In this document: piece after piece, positions 58,020 to 64,000 of the stretch | How positions within the stretch are numbered: the stretch's first letter is position 1 | Layout: each line of letters starts with the position of its first letter | DNA from: Macrostomum lignano | Lineage: Eukaryota | Assembly (NCBI GenBank): GCA_002269645.1 | Contig: NIVC01000275.1 | Coordinates: 310,001 to 374,000 of the forward strand | DNA: 64,000 nt | Direction: 5' to 3' | The notes under the pieces: generated by a model | Told to the model about the DNA's origin: nothing | Seen by the model: the letters and a program-made list of their open reading frames with translations, nothing else | Database searches by the model: none | Program-made: the position numbers and the translations under genes

Positions 58020-58716
58020 CGTTGTCAGGGGTGCCATTGTGGGTGTTGTCAGTGGAGCTACACTGGGTGTTGTCAGTGGAGCTACAGTGGGTGTTGTCAG
58101 TGGAGCTACAGTGGGTGTTGTCAGTGGAGCTACAGTGGGTGTTGTCAGTGGAGCTACAGTGGGTGTTGTCAGTGGAGCTACAGTGGGTGTTGTCAGTGGA
58201 GCTACAGTGGGTGTTGTCAGTGGAGCTACAGTGGGTGTTGTCAGTGGAGCTACAATGGGTGTTGTCAGTGGAGCTACAGTGAGTGTTGTCAGTGGAGCTA
58301 CAGTGGGTGTTGTCGGGGGTGCCACAGTGGGTGTTGTCAGTGGAGCTACAGGGGGTGTTGTCAGTGGAGCTACAGTGGGTGTTGTCGGGGGTGCCACAGT
58401 GGGTGTTGTCAGTGGAGCTACAGGGGGTGTTGTCAGTGGAGCTACAGTGAGTGTTGTCAGTGGAGCTACAGTGGGTGTTGCTACAGTGGGTTTTGTCGGG
58501 GAGCTACAGTGGGTGCTGTCGGGGGTGTCACAGTGGGTGTTGTCAGGGGTGTCACAGTGGGTGTTGTCGGGGGTGTTACAGTGGGTGTTGTCGGGGGTGT
58601 CACAGTGGGTGTTGTCGGGGGTGTCACAGTGGGTGTTGTCGGGGGTGTCACAGTGGGTGTTTTCGGGGGTGTCACAGTGGGTGTTGTCGGGGGTGTCACA
58701 GTGGGTGTTGTCGGGG
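58020..58716. repeat. 24-bp minisatellite (GTGGGTGTTGTCAGTGGAGCTACA grading into GTGGGTGTTGTCGGGGGTGTCACA) just 3' of the MDH stop
   Basis: About 29 copies with a left-to-right change of unit variant. Confidence 0.95.
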
Positions 58717-58775
58717 GCGCAAAGATATTTATTTGACACTCTGTAAGCCAACAATCGAAGTCCTTCCATTGATTC

Positions 58776-61294
58776 TCACTCAGCCGACGGCTTCCAGGCT
58801 CGAGCGAACCGCCTGCCCTGGTCGATCTGCTCGCCGAGCTCCTGAGCCGCCTCGCTCAGCAGCTGCGCCTCCGACTCGGACAGCCGGCCGACGCCCAGGT
58901 TCTGCTCGACTCCCTCCTGGCCGAGCAGCAGCGGGTTTGAGCAGAACGCCGGTCCGTCCGTCGCGTCCGACTCAACGTAGGCGGACTCGACAACATTCTG
59001 CCTGCCGTCCATGGCACACAGCAGCGAGTGCAGGAAGCCGTGGGCCGCGGCCGCCACGGACAACGAGGCGGAGCCGGCGCCGGCCTTGGCCTGCAGCACG
59101 GTGTCAGCTGCGCCGCGGACAGCCCGGGTCATGGCAAGCAGCTCGCTGGCTGGCAGGCGGCAGTGCGGCTCCACCTGGCTCAGCACCGGCACCAAAGTCG
59201 AGCTGCTGTGGCCGCCGACCACCGGCACGCTGACTTGGTCCAACGGTGTGCCTGCGATCGGTGCACAGTGGTGTTGGATCGGTGCACAGGGGTGTTGGAT
59301 CGGTGCACAGAGGTGTTGGATCGGTGCACAGGGGTTTTGGATCGGTGCACAGGGGTGTTGGATCGGTGCACAGGGGTGTTGGATCGGTGCACAGAGGTGT
59401 TGGATCGGTGCACAGGGGTTTTGGATCGGTGCACAGGGGTGTTGGATCTGTGCACAGGGGTATTGGATCGGTGCACAGGGGTGTTGGATCGGTGCAAAGT
59501 GGTGTTGGATCTGTGCACAGGAATATTGGATCGGTGCACAGGGGTGTTGGATCTGTGCACAGGGGTATTGGATCGGTGCACAGGGGTGTTGGATCTGTGC
59601 ACAGGGGTGTTGGATCTGTGCACAGGGGTATTGGATCGGTGCACAGGGGTGTTGGATCTGTGCACAGGGGTATTGGATCGGTGCAAGTGGTGTTGGATCG
59701 GTGCACAGGGGTGTTGGATCTGTGCACAGGTGTATTGGATCGGTGCACAGGGGTGTTGGATCGGTGCACAGGGGTGTTGGATCTGTGCACAGGGGTATTG
59801 GATCGGTGCACAGGGGTGTTGGATCTGTGCACAGGGGTATTGGATCGGTGCAAGTGGTGTTGGATCGGTGCACAGGGGTGTTGGATCTGTGCACAGGGGT
59901 ATTGGATCGGTGCACAGGGGTGTTGGATCGGTGCAAAGTGGTGTTGGATCTGTGCACAGGGGTATTGGATCGGTGCACAGGGGTGTTGGATCTGTGCACA
60001 GGGGTATTGGATCGGTGCACAGGGGTGTTGGATCTGTGCACAGGGGTATTGGATCGGTGCACAGGGGTGTTGGATCGGTGCAAAGTGGTGTTGGATCGGT
60101 GCACAGGGGTATTGGATCGGTGCACAGGGGTGTTGGATCGGTGCACAGGGGTGTTGGATCGGTGCAAAGTGGTGTTGGATCTGTGCACAGGGGTATTGGA
60201 TCGGTGCACAGGGGTGTTGGATCGGTGCACAGGGGTGTTGGATCGGTGCAAAGTGGTGTTGGATCGGTGCACAGGGGTATTGGATCGGTGCACAGGGGTG
60301 TTGGATCGGTGCACAGGGGTGTTGGATCGGTGCAAAGTGGTGTTGGATCTGTGCACAGGGGTATTGGATCGGTGCACAGGGGTGTTGGATCGGTGCACAG
60401 GGGTGTTGGATCGGTGCAAAGTGGTGTTGGATCGGTGCACAGGGGTATGGGATCGGTGCACAGGGGTGTTGGATCGGTGCACAGGGGTGTTGGATCGGTG
60501 CACAGGGGTGTTGGATCGGTGCACAGGGGTGTTGGATCGTTGCAAAGTGGTGTTGGATCGGTGCACAGGGGTATGGGATCGGTGCACAGGGGTGTTGGAT
60601 CGGTGCACAGGGGTGTTGGATCGGTGCACAGGGGTGTTGGATCGGTGCACAGGGGTGTTGGATCGGTGCACAGGGGTTTTGGATCGGTGGACAGTTTGCA
60701 ATCAGCTGATGCAGACACTGACACGACGCAACACTCACCTGTCTTCTGAGCCATGAGAATGTTGGCCCGAACCGAGTTGATGGCCGTGACACCGAACAGC
60801 CGGCGCGGATTGTACACCCCGTAGCGCCGCAGGACCTCAGCAGCCAGAGGCACACTGCTATTCAGCGGGCTGGTGAGCAAGCAGAGCAGCGCCTCCGGGC
60901 AGTGCCGGGCCACCGCTGAGGTCAGCTCGGCCACTGTGCCGGCGTTCTGTTCGAACAGATCGGACAGCTGCATGCCGAGCTGCCTGGGCCGGCCGGCCAG
61001 CATCACCACCAGGCTGCAGTGGCGCAGACAGTCGGCCAGCTGCTGCCGCCCGCCCTGATAGCTGCTGACGCGGGCCTTGGTGGCGATGTGGCCTAGGTCG
61101 GCGCACAGGCCTCGGGTGTCCAGCGTATCGTAGAGAGCCAGCTCGGACACGAATGCCGACCGCTTCAGCATGAGGGCCAGCGGTTGGCCGACAGCTCCGC
61201 AGGCGCCCAGGATGGCCACCCGGTTCTGCGGCAGGTCCGGCACGCCGTGCAGACGGCGCTGACCGAGAGCGCGGACCAGCTGACTGGAAGCCAT
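58776..61294 (-). CDS. MDH2: Divergent mitochondrial-type malate dehydrogenase (MDH2-like), ~343 aa, 2 exons
   Basis: Exons 61294-60739 and 59251-58776 (phase-1 intron). RVAILGACGAVGQPLALMLK, VSELALYD, GLCADLGHI, YNPRRLFGVT, VSVPVVGGHS, VLQAKAGAGSASLS, VVESAYVES, PLLLGQEGVE. Confidence 0.88.
59262..60690. repeat. 21-bp minisatellite (GTGTTGGATCGGTGCACAGGG) filling the MDH intron, ~68 copies
   Basis: The array abuts the acceptor at 59253-59252; it is the source of the 487-719-aa artefact ORFs. Confidence 0.97.
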
Positions 61295-61866
61295 GCGGTT
61301 TGTCTGACTAGAAATTAATTCAAGCATGTGGGGACTCAAGCACTACGGGTATAGCTGCGGTGATATATCGGTACTATACAGTAATGCGCCTGAATTGCTG
61401 GACTCGACAGCTGATTGGCTCGCCACAAAAGTAGCCTTTCAGCCTGCGTTGCCCCCTGCTGCGCCTCGCCAGTCCCGAACGGTGGATGCTGAATGAATTT
61501 CAAAGGGGGGATTTCAAGGTCGCCACCTCCCCAGCCTCCTCCTCAGGGCTCAAGAAACCATCGGAGCGGGGAAAAATTTATGAACTAAGCCGACTATGCG
61601 AGAGAGGGCTGGCAAAAGTACTTTTAATAATGCCTCTGATGCCTCTTCTTCCCCCCCCCCTACTTTCAGCCACTCATCTTTTCATCTTTACTTTAAAGCG
61701 GCTTATAATGAAAAATTGAAGACCTGAGAAGGAAAGATTTAAGTAAGGAAATCAAGTTTATTGCTGGAATTTACGGCTTACAATGCAGTTGCCAGCTGCC
61801 CACTGGAAGGGCGAACTTCAACCGTGTGTGGCGCACGTTTGTTATGTAACAGGGACTTTAGCACTG

Positions 61867-62500
61867 CCGCACCAAGGGGCTTTAGCACCAAGGGGCTTTA
61901 GCACCAAGGGGCTTTAGCACCAAGGGGCTTTAGCACCAAGGGGCTTTAGCACCAAGGGGCTTTAGCACCAAGGGGCTTTAGCACCAAGGGGCTTTAGCAC
62001 CAAGGGGCTTTAGCACCAAGGGGCTTTAGCACCAAGGGGCTTTAGCACCAAGGGGCTTTAGCACCAAGGGGCTTTAGCACCAAGGGGCTTTAGCACCAAG
62101 GGCTTTAGCACCAAGGGGCTTTAGCACCAAGGGGCTTTAGCACCAAGGGGCTTTAGCACCAAGGGGCTTTAGCACCAAGGGGCTTTAGCACCAAGGGGCT
62201 TTAGCACCAAGGGGCTTTAGCACCAAGGGGCTTTAGCACCAAGGGGCTTTAGCACCAAGGGGCTTTAGCACCAAGGGGCTTTAGCACCAAGGGGCTTTAG
62301 CACCAAGGGGCTTTAGCACCAAGGGGCTTTAGCACCAAGGGGCTTTAGCACCAAGGGGCTTTAGCACCAAGGGGCTTTAGCACCAAGGGGCTTTAGCACC
62401 AAGGGGCTTTAGCACCAAGGGGCTTTAGCACCAAGGGGCTTTAGCACCAAGGGGCTTTAGCACCAAGGGGCTTTAGCACCAAGGGGCTTTAGCATCAAGG
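61867..62500. repeat. 16-bp near-perfect minisatellite (CTTTAGCACCAAGGGG), ~39 copies
   Basis: Almost invariant copies. Confidence 0.97.
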
Positions 62501-63074
62501 GGCGCCAGCATCAAGGGACTAAAGAAATCGTCATTAAAACTCATTGGATAGCAACCTCTAGCTTCGTTATCCCCTGTTCCATCATCAAACCTTCTCTTAT
62601 CTCATCCCTCTCGCAGGCAATCCCTGTCCTGTCTTGTTTAATCAGATCACTCGCGCGTAACGAGACGCAGGCGGATGCTCGAATAATTCGATTTTCTGTG
62701 TCCCAGAAGGAATAGCGGTGCTACAGTGCAGTCCGCTTCATCATAGCCTATTATGAACTATACGGCAATATGAGCTCTGTGGGCTCCTGCGATTTCTTTA
62801 TTGATTTCGATTTTTGTCAGACAATGACTAATCCCGGGAAGCTAATGGCTAATGGCGATCTCTTCTTATCAGAGGGTACAATACTATTCGTGTTTGGCAT
62901 TGTAGTTAACTTAGTCTTTAGCCTAGCATTGGCGAGGCTCCATAGCAACTCCTTGTCCATTGTGGTGCTATCTTAGCTTCATCGGAAAGTGGACAGACAC
63001 TGGAGAAGGTTCCGCTGTTCAAGGTTCACTTTCGAATAGCCAATGATATCGCTTTGGATAGCGGTGAATGGCGA

Positions 63075-64000
63075 TGCTCAAGAGGAATAGCTCAGATGCC
63101 AATGCTCAAGAGGAATAGCTCAGATGCCAATGCTCAAGAGGAATAGCTCAGATGCCAATGCTCAAGGGGAATTGCTCCGATGCCAATGCTCAAAGGGAAT
63201 CGCCCAGATCCCAATGCTCAAAGGGAATTGCTCAGATGCCAATGCTCAAGGGGAATTGCTCCGATGCCAATGCTCAAAGGGAATCGCCCAGATCCCAATG
63301 CTCAAAGGGAATTGCTCAGATGCCAATGCTCAAGGGGAATTGCTCCGATGCCAATGCTCAAAGGGAATCGCCCAGATCCCAATGCTCAAGGGGAATTGCT
63401 CCGATGCCAATGCTCAAAGGGAATCGCCCAGATCCCAATGCTCAAGGGGAATTGCTCAGATGCCAATGCTCAAATGGAATTGCTCAGATGCCAATGCTCA
63501 AATGGAATTGCTCAGATGCCAATGCTCAAAGGGAACTGCTCAGATGCCAATGCTCAAAGGGAACTGCTCAGATGCCAATGCTCAGGGGGAATTGCTCAGA
63601 TGCCAATGCTCAAAGAGAATTGTTCAGATGCCAATGCTCAAAGGGAATTGCCCAGATTCCAATGCTCAAAGGGAATTGCTCAGATGCCAATGCTCAAGGG
63701 GAATTGCCCAGATGCCAATGCTCAAGGGGAATTGCCCAGATGCCAATGCTCAAGGGGAATTGCTCAGATGCCAATGCTCAAGAGGAATAGCTCAGATGCC
63801 AATGCTCAAGGGGAATTGCTCCGATGCCAATGCTCAAAGAGAATCGCCCAGATCCCAATGCTCAAGGGGAATTGCTCCGATGCCAATGCTCAAAGGGAAT
63901 CGCCCAGATCCCAATGCTCAAAGGGAATTGCTCAGATGCCAATGCTCAAATGGAATTGCTCAGATGCCAATGCTCAAAGGGAATTGCCCAGATTCCAATG
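63075..64000. repeat. 28-bp minisatellite (GCTCAGATGCCAATGCTCAAGGGGAATT), runs off the window end
   Basis: About 33 copies. Confidence 0.96.

Noticed and set aside
59011-60855. 487-719-aa ORFs fusing MDH to a Cys/Pro repeat
   Set aside because: The repeat lies between a good donor (60738) and acceptor (59252), and splicing it out restores a contiguous MDH fold.
1-64000. CRISPR arrays
   Set aside because: All arrays are head-to-tail repeats without unique spacers, in a spliced eukaryotic context with no cas genes.

Overview
Eukaryotic (animal) genomic DNA: GC-rich spliced exons separated by introns and intergenic tracts filled with many unrelated minisatellites. The style suggests a flatworm such as Macrostomum, but that is inference only. 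Nine protein-coding loci were reconstructed by hand from splice phases: a 12-exon tandem-domain tyrosine (pseudo)phosphatase resembling Ptp36E (+), a 4-exon BAHD-type HXXXD/DFGWG acyltransferase (+), headcase/HECA (-), a long p85-type PI3K regulatory subunit with SH3-C1-SAM-C1-RhoGAP-SH2-iSH2-SH2 (-), an intronless METTL24-like methyltransferase (-), an orphan 5-exon type I membrane protein (-), two orphan low-complexity genes (+), and a divergent mitochondrial-type malate dehydrogenase (-). The BAHD family is typical of plants, fungi and microbes, so this gene is a candidate domesticated horizontal transfer. The 33.5-45.6 kb region is gene-free. It holds a TIR element, a ~1.9 kb tandem duplication with Helitron-like heads, a satellite and short telomere-like runs. 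Most long ORFs in the supplied track are artefacts of tandem repeats. No rRNA, tRNA or CRISPR array is supported.
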